Counted from the first letter of the whole stretch, positions 12,194 to 24,927 are shown. The stretch is 63,402 bases of DNA, filler included, from Octopus bimaculoides (GCF_001194135.2; 6 parts of 6 records of this genome joined end to end with filler, not necessarily neighbours in it), one strand, 5' to 3'. The notes: generated from the sequence alone by a model not told the origin. Program-made: numbers and translations.

Positions 12194-13750
12194 TGCACCT
12201 AGAAAATTATATATTTGCATTCACACAAATATATACAAACATACGTACTGTATATATGACGTTAGTGAAGAAACAAGAACGAATCGCTCAAACGTTTCTA
12301 AGCGTGTTTCAATTTCTGCAACAATGCTTGATAGTTATGAGATATGACATCATTTATTATCATTGCATAACCGCACCTTATCCTCAGGCAATATCCAGCC
12401 TTTTATAGGCGAGATCAGATCGAACTATGTTGCAATAATCTCATTGTACATAAATGGACTTATAGGATGCAACTATTTGATTGATTGGGAATATTTATGT
12501 ATTCTTTCAGAGTACTCTGTAAGTGTGATATATGTAGGGGTACTCATCTCATATTTCTTTAAATTCAGTTACTCAATTAATTCAACATCTTGGTCTCAAT
12601 GTATCTGGAAATTGAAAAGGAAATGCTTCTATCAAAAGTGGGGAGATCTTGTCGCAATGGAATGTATACCGTATGTAAGAATTCTAAAATCTACTTTCTA
12701 ATTTAACGCCTTACTTACAACTTCACCTTACTTCGTACTAGATTATGGCTACAAAAACTGTACCTCTTAAAAATTGGACATCTCACAAATCATTCAAATC
12801 ATCTATTCTTGCCATTTTTTGCAGCTCAGATGCATTTAAGTTTCTCTGTGAATCTATGTCCAAAGAACATTTACTGTGAAATTCAGTTCTATGCACATTT
12901 ATCGTAAGAGTAAACTGTTTTAGTTTGGTTTCGATTGTTTCATTTCGCAAGATTTTCATCAACATGTGTTGAACACCCTACTTCAGTTCCTACTTCAGTT
13001 CCAAAACGGAAATTTCTGAAGTATTCCTTTTATTTTACCATAAAACAGATTTATTTTCTCTTCATCGGGCCTATATATTATTGTATGGTCCTGATGAAAA
13101 GACCATCTGGACAACTGAATGTTCGTGAACAACCGCAGAATATTGACACGGGAAGAAAAACAAATCTATTATTGAAGCTCGAGTGTAGTTCACTAAGATA
13201 CAGGACTACCGCTGAGTGAACTCCAAAACTGATCCTAGACTTTCTTTTCTGATTTTTACATCGTCCATGCCAAACATAGGCGCATTAAGCATTCACGTAA
13301 GGAAGCTGCGTGACAATGAGTAAGCAGATATATTTGCAAATGCAACAAAATATGATTAGCCATCAATACAAAGAATTTTGGTTTGAAATTCGTTACACCT
13401 ACAGCAGTTTAATTTCCGTGCGCAGACTACTCGTTCTGTGCGTGATAATTGAATAAATAAAATTTTCAAAGCATTTCCTTTCTATTATATCGTCAGCTTA
13501 CTTCCTGAGTTCGATCATTTGTGTAATTAGAATTCTGGAACTCAAATTCACGATTCAAGACGTTTAGTTTAATAATTATAATGTCGACGACGGCGACGAC
13601 GATGATGATGACAATGATGATGATGATTATGATAATGACGATGATGATGATGACGACGGTGATAAGGAGGAGGAGAATGGTGCTGATAAATTATAAATGA
13701 AAAAGTGGGCATAGATTTTGTTAACTGGCATAGGTCGTGCAGATGGTAGA

Positions 13751-14900
13751 ATGTTAGTAGAGTAACTCTTCCAAAAGCTACTACTGGACAGTTTTCATCA
13801 CAAGTGATACATTTACACTGACAATAAACCCGACTTTTGAAACTCTTTCAAAAAAATTCCGTTGTATGCTAGTTTAACCATTTCTGTACAGTTTAATTTC
13901 ACCTCGTATGTATCATCGCATCACTGACCACGAAGATTGTCCTTCAATTGACCAAATAAATAGAAGTTGGGGTGGGGTGGGGGAACCAGGTCTGTGTTGT
14001 ACGACGGGAACACTGACCAGCCCAGTTTACTGTTTGCCTGACATGTTACCAAAGTTGTGTGTGGTCGCACCTTGTCATGGCGAATGTGAATCGTTTTCAG
14101 TTTCTTCTTCGGTATTTCCTTCCTAATGGCTTCTCTATGATTTTAGAGCGTCTCAGTATGGTACATACTGTCCATGATACCGCCACGATTCAGAAACTCA
14201 AGGAGAATGACGTCCTTATTATTTTAAAAAAGCAAAGAACCCCCAAAACAAAAAGTAAAACAGCCACCTTGGCATTCTGTGGTGATCCCTCTCTCTTGAA
14301 CTTCTGAGGTCTTGGAAAAGCGGTATAACGCCATTCTATGTGCTCAGCTTTTATTTACGAACTATTTACATACGCCCATGTTTCATTTCCAGTCAAAGGG
14401 TCAGAAAAATACTTCATTTACTTCAAACACTGATAAGAGCAGAATTCTACTCCTCAGTTCTTCAAAACGTGTATCAACCGCTGTGGTGTCTACTTTGCAC
14501 GCGTTTTTCGATATTCCAAATTTTCCACCATTGTAATAAATGTTCGTTTGTATAGCAAATTCCGAAATTGCGACTCGTCTTTCTGCACATATCACTTCGC
14601 TCAATCGCTGACGATTCGCATCAGTGGTTGTTATTAATGAGCTTCCACTGTGCTGTTGGTCTTACATGTTAGTTTCCTTTCCTTTAAACTTCTTCAACCA
14701 TCTGTACACATCGCTCTTGTCACTGGTATTATCTCCGCAAACAGTATTTAGCCTTCTATGGACGTCAAGAAGCATACATCCCTCCTCCATCAAAAACTCA
14801 ATGACGCTACATAGCTTCTGAAGGGAATCTATTTCTCGTCTGCAATGGAGAAAAAATACGAAGAAGACTTACGATAGCGTAAGAGTTACTTTACCAACAT
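13751..14900 (-). mobile_element. Near full-length inactivated mariner transposon
   Basis: Minus translation: SVIEFLMEEG..VHRRLNTVCGD..VYRWLKKFK (HTH), LTGNETWAY, IRHDKVRPHT, NFYLFGQLKDNLRG, with many stops and frameshifts. 20-bp inverted repeats at 13751-13770 and 14881-14900 (18/20 identical). Confidence 0.9.
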
Positions 14901-15249
14901 GTGCAATTTAAATTAGCTATGTCAGTTTATTAGAAGTTATGCCTACGTTTTACATTACTTTTGGTACAACACTCATGTGTGTCTGTGTATGCGTATTTGT
15001 TTGCATGTTTATCTGTGTATGTACATGTTTATTTGTATATTTACAGAGAACAGCATTTCTTTTCAATATACTATAAACAAAAAACGTTACTGAATTGTTT
15101 ACTACTATTTCATCAGTGTTCCTTTCAGTTTCTGTGGAACAGTAGACTTCCCGAATCCACTTTCACTGTTCCTAAACATGGATGAAGTAGTTGATGTCAT
15201 GAGATGTTGTCACTTCATAAAAGGCTGGGATGATGGGAATGATTCTGAC

Positions 15250-15900
15250 ATTCCCACTAGAAAATAAAACAGACATAACAAGGCAATACAATAAGGTGTA
15301 CACTATTTATGGGGACGATATATAATGAACCTGCCAGAAAATGTCGATAGATTAAATAAGAAAAGTTAAAGAACAAGATAACTTCGTACTAAATTCAGTA
15401 TCCAGAAAAGTTAAATAAAACTTCTTGGCGATGCAGATACTCTGTTTCTAGACATAAACATTTCGATAAAGAATAACATTTATCAAGTTCTTTCTTCCAC
15501 ACCAAACACATTAACAAATTTCTGTATTTTATAGGAAAAGGTGAGTGTTTAAACAGACACAAAAATGTAATATGAGCATTTAGTTTCTCCCCTACAATCG
15601 AAGCACTACTTAAACATGTCTACAGAATAAAACAAGCTCTAATCAACAGTAAACAAGAAAAAAAAAGGAAAGACTAAAAGACCAAATCATAGAATAATAC
15701 AAACATATATACACTGTAATAAATACATCAGACACTACACCTATTGATAATGAACAAACAGCACAAAGAGAATTGAATTAATGAATCAAATGGAACAAAT
15801 GTATATCAACTATAAAATAAATCAACAAACTATCAAAAACTCATAAAACAGAAGGCAAAATTATCTCTAATAACAGACTACAAAAACATTGAAACTAAAA
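15250..15900 (+). mobile_element. Highly decayed PLE-type RT remnant
   Basis: LWGRYI (eroded RYxDD), LFLDINISIK and FHTKHINKFLYF in the order expected for a PLE RT palm/thumb. Confidence 0.45.
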
Positions 15901-16242
15901 ATCTCTTTACTAATGACTAATCACAAGCCTCTGGTAATCACACCAACGTACTAATAATGGCCAATAATGATTTACACGTTTAATTGCAAATGTAAAAGTT
16001 GCAAACTTCATGACTCCAACAGTTACATTGGCTATAAATTATAATGATTTCTTGCTGCTTCAAAACAAGGAGCAATAGCATTCTACAAGATCACACGACA
16101 TAAAAGAAAATTAGATAAGTGCGAACAATTCTGAAATACGTCTCTTTTCTATACAGAATTTCTCACAAATATAAATGTCAAATGATGAAAGCAATAATGC
16201 AAAAGAAATACGCACTCACATGGCATGTACTAATCACAAATA

Positions 16243-16300
<58 letters not shown>

Positions 16301-16506
16301 NNNNNNNNNNNNNNNNNNNNNNNNNNNNNNNNNNNNNNNNNNNNNNNNNNNNNNNNNNNNNNNNNNNNNNNNNNNNNNNNNNNNNNNNNNNNNNNNNNNN
16401 NNNNNNNNNNNNNNNNNNNNNNNNNNNNNNNNNNNNNNNNNNNNNNNNNNNNNNNNNNNNNNNNNNNNNNNNNNNNNNNNNNNNNNNNNNNNNNNNNNNN
16501 NNNNNN

Positions 16507-16544
<38 letters not shown>

Positions 16545-16700
16545 CACACACACACACCCATACGCAAATATATAATGTGAAAAGTTGAACTTTGTTTGGG
16601 TGTAAATTATATACAGATTAGACATTTACAATTACGGTCAAAACGGGAAATAGTTCAACATTAAGAGTAAACATCGAGCATACCAATTCCGTGCTACTAT

Positions 16701-16749
<49 letters not shown>

Positions 16750-16883
16750 ATCTTATATATATAGTAGCTATCTTGAAACGAATACCGCAGTTAATTAAGG
16801 TATCAAATGTATCTGCTTTATGTAAGATGCACACGTTACCATTTTAAACCAATGCTTCTGTTGCACATAACGAATATATATGT

Positions 16884-16922
<39 letters not shown>

Positions 16923-16932
16923 NNNNNNNNNN

Positions 16933-16974
<42 letters not shown>

Positions 16975-16999
16975 CACACATAGCAACATAATATGATGA

Positions 17000-17130
17000 T
17001 AAAAGTAGCGCCTAATGTGATCGGCTCACGGTCATAATATCTAGTCTTTGGCTGGGAAGCATGTATCCTTGAACAAGGCACTTCATTTCACATTGCTCCC
17101 GCTTACTCAAATAAAGACGAGTACTAGCTG
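17000..17130 (+). mobile_element. Degraded SINE family B fragment
   Basis: tccttgaacaaggcacttcatttcacattgctcccgcttactca matches the family B core. Confidence 0.55.
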
Positions 17131-17259
17131 AGTTCTGGTGCAGTACTCTCTTTCTCCGTCTCCGGCCGTTACATCCTGGATTATTGTTGGGCTAAAGAGT
17201 GGGAAGTCAAAAGGATGTCTATTTCCGCTCAAGATTACAAACACACTGAAAAATAAAGA

Positions 17260-17502
17260 CCCCACCTTCGATCATGAATGGGATTGCACCTAGAAAGTTA
17301 TCTTCTGAGGCACAAGTCTGGACTAGGTGGTTTATGGAAGACCTGCAATCGCCTATGCGTACCAGTCTCCTCTCTCCACGCCACCGATATTATCCAAGGG
17401 AAAGGCAAAGTCCGATACAGCTTGGCAACAGTGACGTCGCAACTCATTTCTACAGCTGAGTAGAACAACGTGAAATAAAATGTCTTACTCAAGAACACAG
17501 AC
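17260..17502 (-). mobile_element. SINE family B lacking its head
   Basis: Reverse complement aligns with ~11860-12110. Confidence 0.85.
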
Positions 17503-17570
17503 ACTGAAAACAACAAAAATATAGAATATGTTCCAATCCATACTCGTTCGTTGCTGACAGCATGCTTACT

Positions 17571-18433
17571 ACTACCGACGTACTGGGCACTACTACCGAC
17601 GTATTGCGGAAAGCGCGCGGCCCGAGTTCGTATCGGTAGGGTGCCACCTGAAATAGAGGAAGATTGGCTGGTAGGGGTAATTTTATTCAATACGGAGGAA
17701 AACACAGAAATTTTTAAAATGTCAAAGACAGCAGAGGTCAACTGGTGGGGGTATGGCCTGGAGGTCATACTCAATATCACCTTGTCAGACCTCTACAAGA
17801 TTGTGGAAGAGGTGGCCCTGCCTAATGAAACCAGGCTAAGGTTAATGGTGGAGGGCAGGGCACCAGTATGTTACGGTTGCGGTATAAAGGGACACATAAG
17901 AGCAAAGTGCCCTCAGAGACAAGAACAGGTAATAGAAGAGTGTCAGGAAGAGGAGATAAGTACAGTAGTGGAAAAGGAAATAGCAGTCGCCGAAACCGAG
18001 AGAGAAGGAAAGGGTGAGTCACCACCCAAAAAAGAAAAGGAAAGCAGCAAAAGAAAAGAGAGAGAATGAAACAACACAGCGTCAAAAGCAAGAACCAGAA
18101 CCAGAGCCTTCTACAAGCAAAAATGAGGGAAAACAGAAAGAGCGACCGGAAAGAAGAACAGAGTCAGAGAAGATACCAACAGGAAAATATGAAAAAAGAA
18201 TGGTTGTATATAAAAAGATGCATCAAGATAGAAAAACATGTAACAAAGATAAAAGGAATTCTAAGAGTGAGAATGAGAGAAATACCATAGCAGTACTGCT
18301 GGACGATGGAAAAGCAACAAAGTTGAAAGAAAGATTTGGAGAGAGGATTGATTGTACAGCTATTAAAGTGCGATACGATGAGATGCCATCTGTGATAGAC
18401 TTTACCGAATTGGATTATTTTTGGGAAGACTGA
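17571..18433 (+). pseudogene. LINE ORF1-like protein with CCHC zinc knuckle and one frameshift
   Basis: RLMVEGRAPVCYGCGIKGHIRAKC (CX2CX4HX4C) followed by a charged low-complexity region; continues in the 18014-18433 frame to ..ELDYFWED*. Confidence 0.75.
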
Positions 18434-18654
18434 ACAAGGTAAATATAACTGCAATAAATCAACGATAAATACTGAACTGTTAGAACAGCAAAATAGAACT
18501 TTGCGCTTTGAGGAATGGGAAGCCATTTTATCACCACTTAATTCATAACTCATTCGTTTCATTTTATGTTCCCCATGTGCGTCTTTGTGTTGTCCCCTTT
18601 GTATCACTGTACACTCTGTATAACATGGCTTTATGCCAATAATAAAGAGATCGG
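17571..18654 (+). mobile_element. L1/Tx1-type ORF1-only retroelement (HAL1-like) with 13-bp TSD
   Basis: Direct repeat CAGCATGCTTACT at 17558-17570 and 18655-18667; zinc-knuckle ORF; pyrimidine-rich 3' UTR with AATAAA at 18641-18646; no RT or endonuclease. Confidence 0.75.
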
Positions 18655-18670
18655 CAGCATGCTTACTTTA

Positions 18671-18890
18671 TAATAATGTAATCCTTTCTGCTATAGGCAC
18701 AAGGCCTGAAATTTGGGGATGGTGAATAGTCGATTACATCGACCTCAGTACTCAAAAGGTACTTAATTTATCGACCCCAAAAGGATGAAAGGCAAAGCCG
18801 ATCTTGACGAAATTTGAACTTAGAACGAAAGACGGACGAAATGCCGCTAGACATTTTACACGGTGCGATTTCGATTCTGCCAGCTCGGCA
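18671..18890 (-). mobile_element. tRNA-derived SINE, family A (ggccttgtgcc tail)
   Basis: Reverse complement has the head gagctggcagaatc, gttcaaattt, the core ctttgcctttcatccttttggggtcgataaattaagtacc and the tail caggccttgtgcctatagc. Confidence 0.9.
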
Positions 18891-18975
18891 ACTTCATTTT
18901 ATAATAATACTATATGTGTATATTGCATATACTATATGTGTATATTGCATATATATATTAAGTAGCTTATCTTGA

Positions 18976-19156
18976 ATTCCGTCTGCTGCTACGTTCTGAG
19001 TTCAAATTCCGCCGAGGTCGACTTTGCCTTTCATCCTTTCGGGGTCGATTAAATAAGTACCAGTTACGCACTGGGGTCGATGTAATCGACTTAATCCGTT
19101 TGTCTGTCCTTGTTTGTCCCTGCTGTGTGTAGCCTCTTGTAGGTAGTAAAGAAATA
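18976..19156 (+). mobile_element. SINE family A (gtttgtctgtcc tail)
   Basis: gagttcaaattccgccgaggtcgactttgcctttcatcctttcggggtcgattaaataagtaccag, then tail ending gtagtaaagaaata; same subfamily as 41652-41874. Confidence 0.9.
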
Positions 19157-19744
19157 ACACACACACACACACACACTCATATATATTTGTATATATAGAT
19201 AAGAAAGCAACATTGGTAGGAGACCAACACCCTTTATTTTATTTTCACATTTCAAGTCTATTATTCTTTAAACTTAGTCTGCGCAACTATTACACACTTA
19301 TACTCATCTTCATTTAATCCATATTCAGTGAAATTTGTCACCACTAATCCAACCACCCATAGTACTGATCAATTTTAAGAATATTTGATTTTTAAAACGT
19401 ATTTTCAATATTTTTTTTTAATTACGCGTTCACTTAGACCTTTTATATTTTCGGTTTTTCATTCACTCTATTCATACGTTCACCTGTACCCAAGTATCTT
19501 TGCTCCTTACGTTCGCTTGTACCCAAATATACTCATTATTTAACTCTATTTTGTTGTTAGAAACTTTTAAACTCTTTTACTTATATTGTTTACATTCATT
19601 ATTTACATTATCCATTTTACCTTTCATAATTAACCTCAACTTAATACAGAATTTTCTTTCAGTCTTTCACATTAATACGATAATGCCTATATTTAATTAA
19701 ATTTTATCATTTCACACATTTTGCCTTTAAAACTGATTGTCTAT

Positions 19745-19764
19745 TCATCATCATCACCATCATC

Positions 19765-19842
<78 letters not shown>

Positions 19843-19852
19843 GTTATTATTT
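19745..19852. repeat. (CAT)n/(ATT)n microsatellite
   Basis: Direct inspection. Confidence 0.95.
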
Positions 19853-20643
19853 AATCTAATCTATTTTTCATTTTGCTTGCAGTTTGTCATGAATCATTAG
19901 AATTAATAAATATTTTTCTCCGACGTTTTTACGTCTTCAATTTCTTTACTTGCTAGTCGTTACTACTTATGATAAACCTTTGAAAATATGCATACATACA
20001 TAGACATACATGTGTGTGTGTGTGCGTGTTTGTGTGTGTGTGTGTTGATATATATATATATTTATATATNNNNNNNNNNNNNNNNNNNNNNNNNNNNNNN
20101 NNNNNNNNNNNNNNNNNNNNNNNNNNNNNNNNNNNNNNNNNNNNNNNNNNNNNNNNNNNNNNNNNNNNNNNNNNNNNNNNNNNNNNNNNNNNNNNNNNNN
20201 NNNNNNNNNNNNNNNNNNNNNNNNNNNNNNNNNNNNNNNNNNNNNNNNNNNNNNNNNNNNNNNNNNNNNNNNNNNNNNNNNNNNNNNNNNNNNNNNNNNN
20301 NNNNNNNNNNNNNNNNNNNNNNNNNNNNNNNNNNNNNNNNNNNNNNNNNNNNNNNNNNNNNNNNNNNNNNNNNNNNNNNNNNNNNNNNNNNNNNNNNNNN
20401 NNNNNNNNNNNNNNNNNNNNNNNNNNNNNNNNNNNNNNNNNNNNNNNNNNNNNNNNNNNNNNNNNNNNNNNNNNNNNNNNNNNNNNNNNNNNNNNNNNNN
20501 NNNNNNNNNNNNNNNNNNNNNNNNNNNNNNNNNNNNNNNNNNNNNNNNNNNNNNNNNNNNNNNNNNNNNNNNNNNNNNNNNNNNNNNNNNNNNNNNNNNN
20601 NNNNNNNNNNNNNNNNNNNNNNNNNNNNNNNNNNNNNNNNNNN

Positions 20644-20681
<38 letters not shown>

Positions 20682-21582
20682 GTGTATGCATGTATGCATG
20701 TATGGATTGATGGATAGATGTATTATAAATCGGCATTATATATGTAAGTCTATACGTATGTCTTAATACGTATGCACTTCAGAAAACATACAAAGATTTC
20801 GTAGAATTGTATATAATTCTATTCTTTCTTTTGTAAAGCTGACATTTCAAACGCCAAAGAATTCTAAAACGTTAATTCTGATGTCTGCTGTCTCCATGCA
20901 AAGACGGAAATGGTTTTACTGAGATCGAAACCTTTATTGTGTAAGTCCAAGTTAGGCGAACTTGTCGTCTTTCACAAGTACTAACCTTTGGCAATATTTT
21001 CAAATCTCAAAGATCTCGGGACGAGTCTTACATACTTTCACTAAATGATTGCATTTATTACTCTTTCTTCTATATTTATGTATATTTCTTTCTATCTTTT
21101 CTAACATAACTTAGATATATTCTCTTTCGATATTGAAAGAAAAAAAAATTGTAGCCAAATAGCCTCTTTGTATTTAATTGGTATTTCTAGTTCATGCATT
21201 CACTTTGTATCAGACAAAGAGAATACTTGTTAGATTTTGTCAATTGAACATTATTGTTTACTATCTAAGCTCAATATTCACGTGGTCTGTAGTTTAACTG
21301 GTAAATGGTAATCTAAACTATCTATTTGATAAACATTTTTGTTGTTGTGTACCTGATCGGATTAATACCGATGAATACAAATAAGGAGCTGTCAGTGTCA
21401 GTGTTTGCATAGTCAGAACGGCTAGCTTATTTAAGGTGAAAGGCCAGCAGTTCAGATTAATGTTGTTACTGTGTCAATCTAAGCAATGGGCGGTAAAAAT
21501 TATGATTGATCGTAATTTTGTTAGACTGTTGTACTGGTTTCAAATACACGTGTATATATATAGATATATATATATATATATT

Positions 21583-21770
21583 CTTTTACTTGTTTCAGTT
21601 GACTGCAGCCATGCTGGAGCACCGCCTTAAAGGGTTTTAGTTGAACAAATCAACCTTAGAGCTTATTGTTCGTAAGCCTAGTCCTTATTCTATCGGCCTC
21701 TTTTGCCAAACTGCCAAGTTACGGGAACCTAAACGCACCAGCATCGGTTGTCAAGCAGTGGTGGTGGGAC

Positions 21771-21775
<5 letters not shown>
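21583..21775 (-). mobile_element. SINE family C, 3' half
   Basis: Reverse complement matches 60975-61165 (gcttgacaaccgatgctgg..gcggtgctccagcatggctgcagtc..tgaaacaagtaaaaga). Confidence 0.85.
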
Positions 21776-21824
<49 letters not shown>

Positions 21825-21858
21825 GTATATATATGCTCTCACACACACACATATATTT

Positions 21859-22540
21859 ATTCATTATATTAAGGACTATTACTACACGTAAATGCCTCAC
21901 GCTGTAATGGTACTCTGAAGTCAAACTACTTTGATAAATATACATAGCACCGAAAGCGGGAAAAATTATTATATTTTGTATTAACTTTTTCCTGAACTGG
22001 TTCTTCATGCTGGCTACTTGATAAATTCTTATACAGATTTTATTCTTATATATTATTTAAAATTAAACCAGAATATATTCAGTGCTGAATTATTCCGACT
22101 ATACACGTGTACCGAAATGTAATTTGAGAAGCCCGCCTTTTACATGGATATATGAGTGAGAACATTTGTATATGCTATGTTGGATACGTTTGCTGTTCGT
22201 TTGGTATATACAGATCTTCATTTTTATGTGTTCTGATTATGTTTGTACTGATGACTGGAAAGTGCGTTATGTACGCTATCCATGAAATCAGTAATGATTT
22301 GCGACTAAATCTTTTTTAAGAGGTAGCTTCCAAGCTGCATCCCCCAGCTTTCGGTGCCGTGTATATTTATTAAGTAGTTTAACTTCAGAGGCCCATTACA
22401 GCGTGAGGCATTTACGTGTAGTAATAATCCTTAATATAATGAATGCATTTATATTTAAAGGGAAAAATTATATATTTTGTATTAATTTTTTTTTCTGAAC
22501 TGGTTCTTCACGCTGGCTACTTCGAAGTTTCGGTCAGCTA
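21859..22540. repeat. Composite element with ~100-bp inverted arms and a ~62-bp direct repeat
   Basis: 21859-21960 is the reverse complement of 22341-22444; 21958-22020 recurs in direct orientation at 22460-22522. Confidence 0.85.
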
Positions 22541-22604
22541 TATATATATATATATATATACATATATATGTGTGTGTGTGTGCGTACGTACGTACATACA
22601 AACA

Positions 22605-22638
<34 letters not shown>

Positions 22639-22670
22639 CATACATATATATATACATACATACATACGCC

Positions 22671-23250
22671 CAAGTGAAGACAACAATAAAATGTAAGCAC
22701 AACAGACCAGATATAATGATTTGGGATAGAGAAGAGAAACTGAGTAGAGTTGTGGAAATTAGCTGCCCGACGGATGTTAACACAAAGCTGAAGATCAATG
22801 AAAAATAGAATACCTACGCTGAAATACTGAGGAATCTGCAGTTACTCTATCCAGATTACAAGTTCAGGTTTATACCTGTAATTATTAGGGCCCTAGGATA
22901 TGTAACACACTGCCTAAATACCAATCTTGAGAAATTAGGCTTCTCAAATCCAGAAAGAAGAAGGCTAATTCGAAGACTACAGATCCAATTCATCACTGAG
23001 ACTGTAAAAGTCTGTAAAACTTTCTAGAAGGTTATCATTTAAATATACATGAGTATGACTAGATATGCAACTATATGTATGAGAATACGTACATAAAACA
23101 AAACATACGAATCTGCGCATATACATCTATAGTACATACATACATACATACCCTGTTGTTGATGTTGAAATTCCAATGAAGAAGCCTTGGATCTTGGTTA
23201 GAAACCGACTCTTTCTCTATTGGCAAGAAATTTTGAAATAAAACTGAAAA
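22671..23250 (+). mobile_element. 3' end of an RLE-bearing non-LTR retrotransposon (R4/Dong-like)
   Basis: KHNRPDIMIWDREEKLSRVVEISCPTD..EK*NTY..IPVIIRALG..LEKLG..VCKTF*: PD-(D/E)XK restriction-like endonuclease with stops, followed by a 3' UTR. Confidence 0.8.
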
Positions 23251-23661
23251 ATGGCATACATATGTTCCTTTTCGAAACGCCGGTGTTAAACGCGGGGGTA
23301 GCTGATGAAGTAGAATGTTCTCTATGTGGCTTGTGTGTTTTCTCGTCTACGTTTTGTTTGCAATGTCCTGTACCCAGATATGCACCTATACATACAGGTA
23401 GATGTCGGTATGCACATACCTGTACGTATATATGCATATACTCATTTACTATTTGTTTATATATATATATATANNNNNNNNNNNNNNNNNNNNNNNNNNN
23501 NNNNNNNNNNNNNNNNNNNNNNNNNNNNNNNNNNNNNNNNNNNNNNNNNNNNNNNNNNNNNNNNNNNNNNNNNNNNNNNNNNNNNNNNNNNNNNNNNNNN
23601 NNNNNNNNNNNNNNNNNNNNNNNNNNNNNNNNNNNNNNNNNNNNNNNNNNNNNNNNNNNNN

Positions 23662-23752
<91 letters not shown>

Positions 23753-24149
23753 TATACTTATGGATACATTCCTATACATATATGTATGTATGTATATATA
23801 AAGTGATTCAAGAAGCCATTACAAAGCAAGTTACGTTAAAGTAGTGACAATGAACGAAAAACGAAAACAACGTTTCACACTTCAACCTTATTTTCCAATA
23901 TTTCTGTTTCTAAACAGAGACTGATCTTAACTCCGATATACACAGATGCGTGGGAAGGAGGTATGAGTAACGCAGTGTTACATTAGCCAATTAGCGTCGG
24001 GCAGTTATTACCTGTTTTCGATGGAGAGATTTAATTTATGAATAAGATAAGATTCTTTAGACTTCCAATTTCCAATATTCCGTTTTGAGGTTTTGTTGGA
24101 GATCGAAATATACCGGTAATGACATACCTGCAAATGTTTTTTAACTGCG

Positions 24150-24450
24150 GCAAGAGAATTGATGGGTGTTAGTTAAAAAGGTAACTGAAATGACCCCGCA
24201 GAAGAGGAAGACCAAGGAAAAAAGAAAAAAAAAACATGGGAAGAATCGGTGGAAGATGAGATCGAAAGGTTGAACCTCATGAAACAAATAACAATGGACT
24301 GCAACGTTTAGCGGGACATTATTTTGTAGATGAAGATTTCGTATCTGTCTAGAGTATTTAAACATAGAAAAACGGATGGAAGATGAAGTCAAATAGGATA
24401 ATGATGACAATAATGATGATGATAATGCTGATGATGATGCCGATAATGTT
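24150..24450 (+). mobile_element. RTE-clade LINE 3' remnant
   Basis: PRRRGRPRK..TWEESVEDEIERLNLMKQITMD..*RDIIL resembles the RTE ORF C-terminus; (GAT)n-like tail. Confidence 0.55.
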
Positions 24451-24927
24451 TATGATGGCATACATACATCTACATACTTATCTTAGTCTATTCTAAAGCA
24501 GTATTATGATCTCTGTATTCCTATAGTTTATCTTTTGAGTTTTTTCCAACAAGCACACGCGCGCGTGCACGCACACTCAGTCAATCTTCTGCATACACAC
24601 AAGCTTCCCTTCCCTCTCAGTATGAAGTAAAATTCACATGTCCCCAACATTGCTGTTTCTTTAACTACTGTTGTTCTTATAGCAACAATAGGCCTATGAG
24701 ACTGTTAGCTATGTTTCAGTTATATGTGGCCAAAGGAATTAACTCGTAAGTAGAAACTTTTTAATAGAACTAAATACTCCCAAGATACTGCAGTAAACAT
24801 ACAAACGCTCCAGCTATTGTCTGAAAAATTCACACTCTTACTCTAGGTTTATGTACAATGTGCACCACACTACTTATCATATTTACACTTCTGTTGTATA
24901 TAACTATACCTTACACGCTTATCTATA

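Noticed and set aside
13055-13106. CTGATGA at 13091 within small hairpins
   Set aside because: No correctly placed GAAA or stems; not a hammerhead.
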